Shown one piece after another: positions 10,300 through 19,733 of a stretch of DNA of 64,000 bases. Position numbers and translations under genes: made by a program. Below the pieces are notes generated by a model. That model was not told where the DNA came from, did no database searches, and worked only from the letters and a program-made list of their open reading frames with translations. Positions within the stretch are counted from its first letter, which is position 1; the number at the start of each line of letters is the position of its first letter. Origin of the DNA: Hyalangium minutum (GTDB taxonomy: Bacteria; Myxococcota; Myxococcia; Myxococcales; Myxococcaceae); NCBI RefSeq assembly GCF_000737315.1, contig NZ_JMCB01000028.1:1-64000 (forward strand). The letters are read 5' to 3'.

Positions 10300-10854
10300 A
10301 TGCGCCTGTTCACCGCCGTCACCCTGGGGAGCACCATCGAGGCCCACGCCAAGACAGGCCTCGAGCGCCTCCGCCCGCTGGCGCCCAAGGCCCGCTGGGT
10401 GAATTCGGACGGCTTCCACCTCACGCTCGTCTTCCTCGGGGAAGTCTCCGAGGCGCAGCTCCCCGCCCTCGGTGAGGCGCTCACGCCGGTGTCGCACCAC
10501 CACACGCCCTTCACCCTCACCGTCGAGAACGGAGGGACGTTCGGCAAGCCCAGCCACCCGCATGTGCTCTGGGCGGACGTGAAGGGAGACACCGCTGCGC
10601 TGGGGGCGCTCCAGGCCGAGGTGGCCGCGGTGCTGGAGCCGCTGGGCTTCCCCCGGGAGAAGCGCATGTACACGGCCCACCTCACGCTGGCGCGCGCCAA
10701 GGATCCCAAGGGGGACCCGGCGTTCCTCGCGTGCAAGAAGGCGCTGGAGGGCCAGCACTGGGGCGAGGGGCGCGTGGAGCACCTCGTCCTCTTCGAGAGC
10801 AAGGGCGGCCGGTACATCCCTCGCCTCGAGCTGCCCTTGGCGGGAGCGCTCTGA
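10300..10854 (+). CDS. thpR: RNA 2',3'-cyclic phosphodiesterase (2H phosphoesterase, 2'-5' RNA ligase family)
   Basis: MRLFTAV start; two HxT motifs (FHLTLVFLG and AHLTLAR). Confidence 0.9.
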   Translation: MRLFTAVTLGSTIEAHAKTGLERLRPLAPKARWVNSDGFHLTLVFLGEVSEAQLPALGEALTPVSHHHTPFTLTVENGGTFGKPSHPHVLWADVKGDTAALGALQAEVAAVLEPLGFPREKRMYTAHLTLARAKDPKGDPAFLACKKALEGQHWGEGRVEHLVLFESKGGRYIPRLELPLAGAL

Positions 10855-10936
10855 AGCCCCTCACGCCTTCAGGTCAGGAGCCTCCGAGGACCGGCGTCCG
10901 GGCTCCCCTTGTCTCAACACCCGAGGAGCTGAAGCC

Positions 10937-11698
10937 ATGACGACCTTGGATCCCCGCCTCGAGCCCTTCGTGCAGCAGCACCCGTACCCGTTGATGTTCA
11001 TGACGGTGAGCGGCTCTCACATCTACGGCTTCCCCTCGCCGGACTCGGACTGGGACTTGCGGGGCGTCCACCTGCTGCCCGCGCGCGAGGTGGTGGGGCT
11101 GGACGTGGGGCCAGACACAGTGGAGAAGTCCACGGTGTACGAGGGCGTGGAGATGGACCTCGTCACCCATGACGTGGCCAAGTTCTTCACGCTGGTGCTG
11201 CGCCGCAACGGCTACGTGCTGGAGCAGCTCTACTCGCCGCTGGTGCTGCGCACCTCACCGGAGCACCAGGAGCTGAAGGCGCTGGCCAACGCGTGCATCA
11301 CCCGACACCACGCGCACCACTACCTGGGCTTCGCGGACACGCAGTGGAGGCTCTTCGAGAAGGAGTCGCCCCGGCGGGTGAAGCCGCTGCTCTATGTGTA
11401 CCGGGTGCTGCTCACGGGCCTGCACCTGATGCGCACGGGCCGTATCGAGACGAACCTGCTCACCCTCAACGAGCACCACCGGTTGCCGTACGTGCCGGAG
11501 CTCGTCAAGCGCAAGCTGGAAGGCACGGAGAAGGGCGTGCTGCCCGAGCAGGACTTCTCCTTCCACGAGCGGGAGTTCCGCCGCCTGCGCGAGGAACTGG
11601 AGAAGGCGCGAGACACGAGCTCGCTGCCCGAGGCGCCGAGCGGCCGCGCCGGGCTGCATGACTTGCTGGTGCGCCTGCGCCTGGGCTCGGCACGCTAA
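10937..11698 (+). CDS. RlaP/YcgL-like Pol-beta-superfamily nucleotidyltransferase
   Basis: GSHIYGFPSPDSDWDLRG (GS...DxD motif), RRNGYVLEQLYSP, KPLLYVYRVLLTG. Confidence 0.85.
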   Translation: MTTLDPRLEPFVQQHPYPLMFMTVSGSHIYGFPSPDSDWDLRGVHLLPAREVVGLDVGPDTVEKSTVYEGVEMDLVTHDVAKFFTLVLRRNGYVLEQLYSPLVLRTSPEHQELKALANACITRHHAHHYLGFADTQWRLFEKESPRRVKPLLYVYRVLLTGLHLMRTGRIETNLLTLNEHHRLPYVPELVKRKLEGTEKGVLPEQDFSFHEREFRRLREELEKARDTSSLPEAPSGRAGLHDLLVRLRLGSAR

Positions 11699-12459
11699 CG
11701 GCGTGAGGCCACCACGAAGCGCCGGGTGAAGCGGAACGGAGTCCCCCGAGCGGTGGCGGGGTAGTCCGCGCGCAGCAGCGGCCGGAGCATGTCGAGGAAA
11801 GCCTGGCTCTCCTCGGCCCCGAGCGCCGCGAGCACGGGCCGCAGCGTGGTGCCCAGCAGCCACTGCAGCACCGCGTCCTCGCCCTGGAGCACATGGAGGT
11901 ACGTGGTGTCCCACGCATCCACGGTGAGGCCCAGCCCGGCCAGGTGGGCCTCGTAGAAGTCCAGCGGCTGAGCCTGCCCTCGGCGGACGGGGGCGAGCGT
12001 GGCCGCGAAGCGTGGATGCCCCCTCACCTCATCGATGCGCCGGTGCGAGGGCGCGTCGAAGTTGGCGGGGATCTGAAAGGCGAGCACGCCGCTCGGCGCC
12101 AGCAACGACACCAGCCGCGACAGCAGCGCGGGGTGATCCGGCAGCCAGTGCAGTGCGGCGTTGGAGAAGATCACCTCCACGGGCGCAGCGGGCGTCCACC
12201 CGGCCAGATCTGCCAGTTCGAAGCGCACCCGCTCTGGGGCGGCACGGCGAGAGGCCTCCGCCACCATGGCCTCGGAGGAGTCCACGCCCGTCACCCGGGC
12301 TGAGGGCCAGCGCTCGGCGAGCACGAGCGTCAGGTCTCCGGTGCCACAGCCCAGGTCCACCACCTGGGCGGGAGCGGCCGCGTCCACCCGCGCGAGCAGC
12401 TCGAAGAAGGGGCGCTTCCGCTCGTCACGAAAGCGCTCGTACTGCGCGGGATTCCACAT
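11695..12459 (-). CDS. tam: Trans-aconitate 2-methyltransferase-like SAM methyltransferase
   Basis: MWNPAQYERFRDERKRPF, VDLGCGTG, FSNAALHWLPDH, GTTLRP; GAGGAG RBS before ATG 12459. Confidence 0.9.
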   Translation of the reverse strand: MWNPAQYERFRDERKRPFFELLARVDAAAPAQVVDLGCGTGDLTLVLAERWPSARVTGVDSSEAMVAEASRRAAPERVRFELADLAGWTPAAPVEVIFSNAALHWLPDHPALLSRLVSLLAPSGVLAFQIPANFDAPSHRRIDEVRGHPRFAATLAPVRRGQAQPLDFYEAHLAGLGLTVDAWDTTYLHVLQGEDAVLQWLLGTTLRPVLAALGAEESQAFLDMLRPLLRADYPATARGTPFRFTRRFVVASRR

Positions 12460-12498
12460 ATCCCCTCCTCGAGCCGCGGGCTTGAGGCCCACCGGGCC

Positions 12499-15400
12499 TC
12501 AGGGCTTGAGCTGAACCACGTACACCGTGAAGGTCGCTCCGTCGCCGGTGCTCTCGCGGGAGAGTGTGAGGATCGAACCGTTCATCAGGTAGGCCTGGAT
12601 GCGCCCTTCGCTGATGCTCTCGCCCCCCGCGAACTTGCTCTCGCCGTGGACCTGCCCCGAGGCCCACTGCCCTCCGCCGATGACGATGGTCCGGGAGGGA
12701 TCAACCGGGGTGATCGCCACGTTCGTGCTGGCGCCCCCCGCCAGCAAGGACCGCGTCACCTGCTGCACGACGGTGCCCGCAGGGAACGTAACCACCTCGT
12801 AGGAGATTTCGTTGATCTGCGGCGTGGTGCAGTTGGGCGACGTGTCGCCACTGCCACGCGAGAAGGTCAGCTTGTTGCCGCTGCTGGTGAGCTCGCCTCG
12901 CACGAGGCGATCGCAGATCTTCGTGGTGTTGCTCTCGAACACGTACGAGTACAGGACGATCGACTGGCTCAGCGGCACCGCTGGGGACAGGTTGATGTCC
13001 ACGGTCGCCGCCCCGCCACCGATGCCCATCAACCCACGCTGAACCGTGGCCGCAGTGTAGTCCACGATCTGGCCGCTGTTGACCTCGTTCCCAGGAGTGC
13101 AGTTGGCGCCCGGAGTCTTTCGGATCTCGGCCTGGGTCGACGACTTCAGATCGACGAGCCGGGGAACCGTCGAGCGCTGGTTATTGATGTCCTTCTCGCT
13201 GCTGAGCAGCAGGAAGGTGTGGTCCATCACCACGGAGGAGATGGTCAGACCTGTGGTGGGCCCCCCGCAGCCGTGAGAGCCATGCTGCACGGCAACACCC
13301 GTGGGGAACTCCGCGACGAACCAGCGGATGTTCACATTCGAGCCACCCCCAACGGCTCGACTGCACTGCACATCCACCGGGGTGCTGGTGGTGTTCAGGA
13401 CGCAGCGGACATTGGCCAGCTCGCTGGTTTGGTTCTGCGTGGTGGCTTGGAACACCAGGAACGCCCTGCTCGCATCCTGCAGAGGGGGGGTGATGGGGCA
13501 ATTGGCAGTCGTCTGGGTGCCCGTCATGGTGCAGGTGGCTCCGCTGGTCCGCACCGTGGGGATGATGTTTTCGAGCTGGTTCGCCGCCGTGAGGCCGGCG
13601 GACGTGGCTGTCAGTGTGAGCGGCGCAGTGGTGTTGATGCCTCCGCTGAGGCCCTTGAACCAGAAGTCGACCGAGCTGCTCCCTGCGGCAATGGTGACCT
13701 GGTTCGTGAGCTGGGTACAGCCCGAGTCCAGGTAGAACTCCACCGGGGCCGAGCCGGTGAGCGCGACATTCAGCGAGGCCCCCCCCGCCACCGGGTTGTC
13801 CGCGGCGTCCTGGCGCTCGATGGTCCGCATCGCGCACGTGCTCGCCAGGAGCTGCATGGGCGAGGTGGACGTGAACACCACCTTCGTCACGGCGGCGGTG
13901 GTGATGGTGTGCGTCTGCGGCGGGGTGGCAGTCAGGCCGGAGGTGTTGGCCGACAGGTCCACGTTCCGGACCTTCTGGCCCCGATAGTAGAACGTCACCG
14001 AGGACTGGCCATTCGCGAGGAGCACCGAGTTGCCCGCGAGCTCGTTGGTGCACCCGCCATCCAAATAGAACTTGAAGTTGTTGTCCGTGGGAGTCCCTGT
14101 CGCACTCAGCGAGAGGGTCTTGTCCGAGTTGACCAGCGAGGGGTTGTCGAAGTCGTCTCGGGACTGCACGGTGACCGCCTGCGAGCAGGTCCCCGCCACG
14201 GTCGTCAGCGGGGGCGTGCTGAACGCCAGCTTCGAAGGCGCCGCTGGGGTGATGGTGGCGCTCTGAGTCGCGGGCGTGGGAATGGACGGGTTGGAGGCCG
14301 CCAGGGCGATGGTGCCTGCGGTGTTGCCCTTGAAGGTGAAGTTGGCGGTGCTCTGGCCAAAGCCAATGGTCACCTGGGTGACCGCTGACCCCGAGCAGTT
14401 GCCCGTGGAATAGAACGTGAAACCAGCGGGCGGCGCAGCCGTCAGGCTGACGGGAGTGTCGGCGGTCACAGGCGCGGGGTTCCCTCCAAGCTGTGCCTGC
14501 ACCGTCACCACACCCGAGCACGCCCCCGCCATCCGCGTCTGCGGGCTCGTCGTGAAGACGAGCGCCGTAGGCTGTGGCGAAGTGATCGACTGATTCTGGG
14601 TCGCACTGGCCAGGTTGGGGTTGGAGGCGGTGATCGTCACATTCTCCGCGGTCGTGTCCTTGAAATAGAAGTTCCCGCTGGTCTGCCCCGAGGGAATCGT
14701 GAGGGACGTCGTCGGGCCCGTGCAGTCGGCGCTCAGATAGAAGGTGACGGTCCCCGAGGACGCGGTCAGGTTGACCGGGGTGTCGCTGCTCACCGGGGAC
14801 GGGTTGTTGGAGCTGTCACGCACCTGCACCGTTGTAACGGCCGAGCAAGTGTTGATCTCCAGCGTCTGCTGATTGGTCGTGAAGGCCAGCCTGGCCGGAG
14901 CGCCCGGGTTCACCGTGAGGTTCAGCGTCCCGGAGGTGAACCCGGACCTGTTGGCCGTCGCAGAGACACTGCCCACGCTGGTCGCCTTCGCGTAGACGTT
15001 CACGCTGCTCTGGCCCGAGTTGATGGTGAACGCATTCGTTGAGCCCGAGCAGTTGCTCGTGGCGGAGAAGGACAGGCCCGCGCCTGGCGCGAGGGTGACC
15101 GACTGGTTGCCCGAGACATTGGACCGGTTTCCGTGGATGTCGGTCGCCAGCAGCATCAACGCCGTGCAGTCCCCCGCCGCCACCGTGAGCGACGCTGGCG
15201 AGAAGGCCAACACCGTCGGCGGTGCGGCGTTGATGGTCACGTTCTGGCTTACGGACAAGGTGCCCTGCCCCGCCGTCACCGCCACCGTCCCCGCGGTGGT
15301 ACCCTTGAAGTAGAAGCCTATGGTGCTCGCTCCACTGGGCATGTTGATCGGGGTCACCACGGACATGGTGCAGGCCGCGTCCGTGTAGAACTGGAACCCC

Positions 15401-16782
15401 GTCGACGGATTCGCCGTCAGCGTCACCGGCGTTGCAGTCGTCACCGGTATCGAATTGTTGAAGCTGTCCTGCCGCTGCACCGTCATCAGCGTCGAGCAGT
15501 TGCCCGCCGTCACCGTCTGTCCGTTGGGGTTGAACACGAGCGTGGGTGCTCCCGGGGTCACCGTGACGGCCAGCGGCGTGCTGGTCAGGCCCCCGAAGGA
15601 TCCACCGATGGAGAAGCTCCCCGTCTGGGTGCTGCGGTAGCGGAAGGTCGCCGAGCTGGCCCCCTGGGGAATCAACACGGTGGTCGTCATGGGCGAACAC
15701 GTGGGACTGGTAGAGAACGTCAGCGGCCCTCCATTGGGGGTCAGACTGATGTTGGTGGCCCCGGTGGCGTTCGCCGTGTTGCCATCCGCATCCTTGAGCG
15801 TCACGGTAACGAGTCCCGCGCACTCCCCCGCCGTCGCCGTCGCCGTCCCCTGGCCCGGCCCCGTGAACACCATGACGGTGGGAGGCCCCGCGGTGATGGT
15901 CGCGGCCTGCTGGGCGCTGATGAAGCCACTGGCCGTGAGGCTCACGTTCACGATGCCCGCCTGCGTGCCCTTGAAGTAGAAGCTGCCGGTGCTCGCGTTC
16001 GCCGCGAGGGTGACGCCGCTCGTCAGCTCGGTGTTACAGCCCGAGTCCGAGTAGAACTTGAGCCCTGTCGAGGAGTCGGCCTGAAGCCCAACGGTCGTGG
16101 GAGTAGACACGGGCAAGGCGTTGCCGAGCGAATCCTGGATCTGGAACTGCACCGCCTGCGAGCAGACACGCACTGTTGCCGTCCGCGCAGAAGACAGGAA
16201 GACCAGCTTGTCGCCCAGGCAGGAGTTCGGCGAGCAGCCGGCCTCCTCACACCCCTTCTTGCCATTGCAGTTGAGATCCACCTGCAGGCTGCACGTCTCC
16301 GCCGCAGCCGGGTACACCGTCCGATCCTGGTCCTGGCAATCCGAGCCGCCCGCGTCCGTGCTGACGTAACCGTCCGCGTCTCCATCCGTACCGGGCTCCA
16401 GCGGGATCTCGGTGACCGGAGGAACCGCGTCCTTCACGAAGGTAGCCGTCACCGCCTTGGCCAGACCATTCGGCTTCTTGTCCCCCTGCTCGCCCTCAAG
16501 CTGGCAGGTGCCATCCCGGAACGGGCGCGCGGTGAGCTCCACCGTCTCCGGCAGCGCCCCCCGGAAGATCGCCACCTGCAAGTCGTTATCGCCCTCGGCG
16601 CGGTTCAACCATCGCTTCTGAAGGACCGCCTGGCTGGCGGGGTCACGCACCTCGAAGAGCACGCAAGTGGCGGAGACCGCAGGGGTCAGCAGGACCTTGG
16701 CGTGAATGGCCTCACCGTCAAACGTGTCGCCTTTGCAGGCCGACAGAATGACGACCAGCGCCAGGAGGCTGAGCTTCTTCAC
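12499..16782 (-). CDS. Large surface lipoprotein (about 1430 aa) with a Cys/Asp metal-binding motif, 8 Ig-like repeats and a C-terminal 4-repeat domain
   Basis: GTG 16782 with GAGGT RBS; lipobox ILSA|C; DADGY...DCQD...YPAAAETC...DLNCNG motif; about 110-aa repeats, each with two Cys. Confidence 0.85.
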   Translation of the reverse strand: MKKLSLLALVVILSACKGDTFDGEAIHAKVLLTPAVSATCVLFEVRDPASQAVLQKRWLNRAEGDNDLQVAIFRGALPETVELTARPFRDGTCQLEGEQGDKKPNGLAKAVTATFVKDAVPPVTEIPLEPGTDGDADGYVSTDAGGSDCQDQDRTVYPAAAETCSLQVDLNCNGKKGCEEAGCSPNSCLGDKLVFLSSARTATVRVCSQAVQFQIQDSLGNALPVSTPTTVGLQADSSTGLKFYSDSGCNTELTSGVTLAANASTGSFYFKGTQAGIVNVSLTASGFISAQQAATITAGPPTVMVFTGPGQGTATATAGECAGLVTVTLKDADGNTANATGATNISLTPNGGPLTFSTSPTCSPMTTTVLIPQGASSATFRYRSTQTGSFSIGGSFGGLTSTPLAVTVTPGAPTLVFNPNGQTVTAGNCSTLMTVQRQDSFNNSIPVTTATPVTLTANPSTGFQFYTDAACTMSVVTPINMPSGASTIGFYFKGTTAGTVAVTAGQGTLSVSQNVTINAAPPTVLAFSPASLTVAAGDCTALMLLATDIHGNRSNVSGNQSVTLAPGAGLSFSATSNCSGSTNAFTINSGQSSVNVYAKATSVGSVSATANRSGFTSGTLNLTVNPGAPARLAFTTNQQTLEINTCSAVTTVQVRDSSNNPSPVSSDTPVNLTASSGTVTFYLSADCTGPTTSLTIPSGQTSGNFYFKDTTAENVTITASNPNLASATQNQSITSPQPTALVFTTSPQTRMAGACSGVVTVQAQLGGNPAPVTADTPVSLTAAPPAGFTFYSTGNCSGSAVTQVTIGFGQSTANFTFKGNTAGTIALAASNPSIPTPATQSATITPAAPSKLAFSTPPLTTVAGTCSQAVTVQSRDDFDNPSLVNSDKTLSLSATGTPTDNNFKFYLDGGCTNELAGNSVLLANGQSSVTFYYRGQKVRNVDLSANTSGLTATPPQTHTITTAAVTKVVFTSTSPMQLLASTCAMRTIERQDAADNPVAGGASLNVALTGSAPVEFYLDSGCTQLTNQVTIAAGSSSVDFWFKGLSGGINTTAPLTLTATSAGLTAANQLENIIPTVRTSGATCTMTGTQTTANCPITPPLQDASRAFLVFQATTQNQTSELANVRCVLNTTSTPVDVQCSRAVGGGSNVNIRWFVAEFPTGVAVQHGSHGCGGPTTGLTISSVVMDHTFLLLSSEKDINNQRSTVPRLVDLKSSTQAEIRKTPGANCTPGNEVNSGQIVDYTAATVQRGLMGIGGGAATVDINLSPAVPLSQSIVLYSYVFESNTTKICDRLVRGELTSSGNKLTFSRGSGDTSPNCTTPQINEISYEVVTFPAGTVVQQVTRSLLAGGASTNVAITPVDPSRTIVIGGGQWASGQVHGESKFAGGESISEGRIQAYLMNGSILTLSRESTGDGATFTVYVVQLKP

Positions 16783-16874
16783 GTCGCATACCTCGAACGA
16801 AGGGGGTACGCGACGCATGCTAGCACGGTGCGCCACGCCCTCGTCTCGGGCGTGACGCCACGGGAAGGACCCCT

Positions 16875-18683
16875 TTAAGGGGACGGCTGCACCCCTGGAT
16901 CCGAGGCCTCCCTGAGAGACCGGGCAGCCCCCAAGGTCCGAACCTCGAAGTCATCGAACCACACCCCAGCGATGGGGGTGATGAGTCCCGCCAGCCCCGG
17001 CTCGCGGATCGCGGAGTTGCTGGAGTCCACCACGGAGAGTCTCACCTGCCCATCCACGGAGGCGGTGAGCTCCACGGGCCCCGAGCCCCGCGCGGAGAGG
17101 GTCAGCGTCATGGGCTCCTGAGCGGAGGAGAGGCCACTGCGCGCCTCGCCAAGAACCGTGACACGCCCGGACGCCTCCCGCCGCACCTGAATGCGCCCGT
17201 TGGCCATCGACACCAGCGTGTAGCGCGCGCTGCCCTGGGCCCGCAGGGCGACTCCCGCCTCGGCTTCGGAGAAGTGCTGGAGCCGCACCTCCACCTGACA
17301 GTCCCCACAGCGCGAGCCGGGCGCCAGCGCGAGATCCTGTCCGTCCAAGTCACTCACTGCTCGCGTCCCGTCCACGTACCAGAGCCCCTCCACCGTCCAC
17401 GGGCTGCCCAGGCCCCGCGACACGCGGCGTGAAAACTCGTCCCCGAAGAGGCGGGCACCAGGCGCCGGACTGTCGCTCGGCGGGGTTTCGGAGGAGCCGG
17501 TGCCGGTGGACACCGCCACGCGGTACACCGAGCCCTGGGCATTGGAGTCGCGCGCGTCGCCAAAGAAGCAGGGGACCTCCCGGCTGCCCGAGGGCAGCAC
17601 GTCCACGGCGTTGAGGTAGCCCTTGAAGGTGGCGCGCGAGTCCACCACCACCGGGGCACTGAGCGTGCCGTTCTTCAGCACGCGCATGCGCAGCTCGTAG
17701 CGTTTGTTCAGCTCGCGCGAGCGGTTGTAGAAGATGTAGAGCGAGCTGCCCACGCGGGTGATGGCCGGCTGCGTGGCCCAGTCCGTCATGTCCTCCACCA
17801 GCATGCGGGGCCCGAAGGCGCTCCCGTCGAAGTGCCGGTAGTTCACGCGCATGGACTCGTCCTTGTAGACGAAGTGCATGCCGCCCTGGCCGTCCTCCAC
17901 GGCGCTGAGCGCGGCCCCGTGGTAGATGCCCTCGGGGAAGGCCGTGCGGACCGAGCCCCAGGTGTTCAGCGGATCGCTGGCGTGGCGGATCCGCATGCGC
18001 GCGGGCTCGTAGCCATCGTGCATGCCGTAGACGAAGACGAGCTTGTTGCCCACGCTCAGCAGCCGGCCGCCGCCGCGCCTGCGCACCGAGTCCAGATCCG
18101 GCTGGCGCTGGAAGCTCGCGCCGCCGTTCGTGGAGACGGCAATCACCGCGGTGGAGCGTCCATCCCGCTCGAGGCGGAAGGCCTGGATCCACAGCCGCCC
18201 CTGCGAGTCCCGAGCAATGAGCGCCCGCGAGTAGCCGATCCGATCATCTGGCGCATCGAAGACGTGCACGACGGGATCCGGCCTCCAGGTGTCCGAGCTG
18301 GAGTGGTAGCGCCACCATTGGAAGTACACGTCGTGCCGGCGCGAAGGCCCCAGCGTGGACGACTCATACGAGTAGACGATCGCCACATCGCGGCCCACGG
18401 CGAGCAGCTCGGCCCGGTCGTGGTGGCTCTTGTCGGGCTGGATGGGCCCTATGAGCCGGAAGCTCTGTGTCCCATCATCCGAGCGATACAGCGAGAGAGC
18501 CCGTCCATCCGCGCCGCCTTGCTGGACGGCGAGCAGCCAGACAGGCGCCCGGTTGCTACCCATGTCGATGCGTACCACGTGCCGCTGCGCTGGCAGGGTC
18601 AGCGCATTGCCCGCGCTGACCGGCAGCAGCGGCGTCCCGCTCGCGAGCACAGCCGCGAGCAGAGCCGTCGAAGCCCCCATCAT
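16875..18683 (-). CDS. Secreted Asp-box/BNR beta-propeller protein with a C-terminal LamG/ConA-like domain
   Basis: Signal peptide; Asp-box-like YRSDDG and VSTNGGASF; C-terminal beta-sandwich ending VWFDDFEV. Confidence 0.7.
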   Translation of the reverse strand: MMGASTALLAAVLASGTPLLPVSAGNALTLPAQRHVVRIDMGSNRAPVWLLAVQQGGADGRALSLYRSDDGTQSFRLIGPIQPDKSHHDRAELLAVGRDVAIVYSYESSTLGPSRRHDVYFQWWRYHSSSDTWRPDPVVHVFDAPDDRIGYSRALIARDSQGRLWIQAFRLERDGRSTAVIAVSTNGGASFQRQPDLDSVRRRGGGRLLSVGNKLVFVYGMHDGYEPARMRIRHASDPLNTWGSVRTAFPEGIYHGAALSAVEDGQGGMHFVYKDESMRVNYRHFDGSAFGPRMLVEDMTDWATQPAITRVGSSLYIFYNRSRELNKRYELRMRVLKNGTLSAPVVVDSRATFKGYLNAVDVLPSGSREVPCFFGDARDSNAQGSVYRVAVSTGTGSSETPPSDSPAPGARLFGDEFSRRVSRGLGSPWTVEGLWYVDGTRAVSDLDGQDLALAPGSRCGDCQVEVRLQHFSEAEAGVALRAQGSARYTLVSMANGRIQVRREASGRVTVLGEARSGLSSAQEPMTLTLSARGSGPVELTASVDGQVRLSVVDSSNSAIREPGLAGLITPIAGVWFDDFEVRTLGAARSLREASDPGVQPSP

Positions 18684-18773
18684 TCCGTTCCCCTCCCCCT
18701 GACACTTCCCGAGAGAACCTAAGGCGCGAGGGCTACGGAGCAAACCGGGGACAACAAAACCCCCTTCTGAGGT

Positions 18774-18799
18774 GAGACAGCCCTCGAGGTGGCTGTCTC
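18774..18799. terminator. Stem-loop downstream of the 18843 gene
   Basis: GAGACAGCC-N8-GGCTGTCTC is a perfect 9-bp stem. Confidence 0.6.
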
Positions 18800-18842
18800 G
18801 GGGTGCACGCTCCGGGTGTTCCGAGCGTGCAGGCGAGCAGGC

Positions 18843-19610
18843 CTACTTGGTCCCGGAGTCCGGGGTGGTGCTGCCCGGGGTGCTCGGGGTCGCCGGGGTG
18901 CTCGGGGTCGCCGGGGTGCCGGGGGTGGTGCCCTTGGTGGCGCGCTCGATGCGGGGGGGCGGGTTGATCAGGGCGAGCGAGCGGAGGAACTCGTCCGCGG
19001 AGGGAGCGCCGATGCTGGGGTTGTAGAGGGCCAGCATGGTGTAGAGGCGGGGGCCGACGAGGTAGCTGCGCGCCTTCACCTCACCCTGGTCCGAGCCGAT
19101 GACGAAGGCCTTGCCGGGGTAGGTATCGTTGATGGTGATGTTCTCCTCGCTCTTGAGGGCACCCTTGAGCTGGCCGACGAGCACATCGCGGCCTTCCTTG
19201 TTGAGGATGGTCTCGGGGGCACGGGTCGCGACGAACTTGGTGGGATAGTCCGTGGCGGTGAGGGCGTAGATGACGCCGTCGAGGTTGCTGTTCCAGGTGG
19301 CGATGTTCACGTCACCGGAGGCGATGGTGACCTTGTTGCGAGCGACCTGAGGGGCACCGGGCATCTTGACGGTGAAGCCATCCTCCGGGCTGCCGACGGT
19401 GGCGAACTGCACGGTCGAGGCGGCGGGGGCCGGAGCCGGAGCGGGAGTGGCCTCGGCCTGAGCTTGGCCGGCATGCTCCTCGGTGGGCAGTTCCTCGACG
19501 GTGGACGAGCCACCCGCCGTGGCGGGCTGGTTCTGCGTGCCAGTGGCGCACCCGCTGGTGATCAGAGCGAGGGCGGAAAAGGCAGTGAGAAGGCGGAACT
19601 TCAGCGACAT
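18843..19610 (-). CDS. Lipoprotein, possibly PsbP/Mog1-like fold, with a Thr/Pro-rich tail
   Basis: MSLKFRLLTAFSALALITSG|C lipobox; GGAG RBS; strong codon bias. Confidence 0.8.
   Translation of the reverse strand: MSLKFRLLTAFSALALITSGCATGTQNQPATAGGSSTVEELPTEEHAGQAQAEATPAPAPAPAASTVQFATVGSPEDGFTVKMPGAPQVARNKVTIASGDVNIATWNSNLDGVIYALTATDYPTKFVATRAPETILNKEGRDVLVGQLKGALKSEENITINDTYPGKAFVIGSDQGEVKARSYLVGPRLYTMLALYNPSIGAPSADEFLRSLALINPPPRIERATKGTTPGTPATPSTPATPSTPGSTTPDSGTK
18875..18919. repeat. 18-bp tandem repeat, 2.5 copies (encodes TPATPS)
   Basis: CCGGGGTGCTCGGGGTCG x2 plus a partial copy. Confidence 0.85.
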
Positions 19611-19697
19611 GAACGCTCCCTCAGAAAATGGGTAGAACAGGGTCGCGGCCGACCCTAAACGAGTCTGTGGCTCCTGACTACCCATGATTGATGAAAG

Positions 19698-19720
19698 GCC
19701 CTCCTCGGAAAAAGGAGGGC
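19698..19720 (-). terminator. Rho-independent-like terminator of the 19734 gene
   Basis: GCCCTCCT-N7-AGGAGGGC stem followed on the minus strand by CTTTCAT. Confidence 0.6.
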
Positions 19721-19733
19721 TGGGTCCGCTGCC

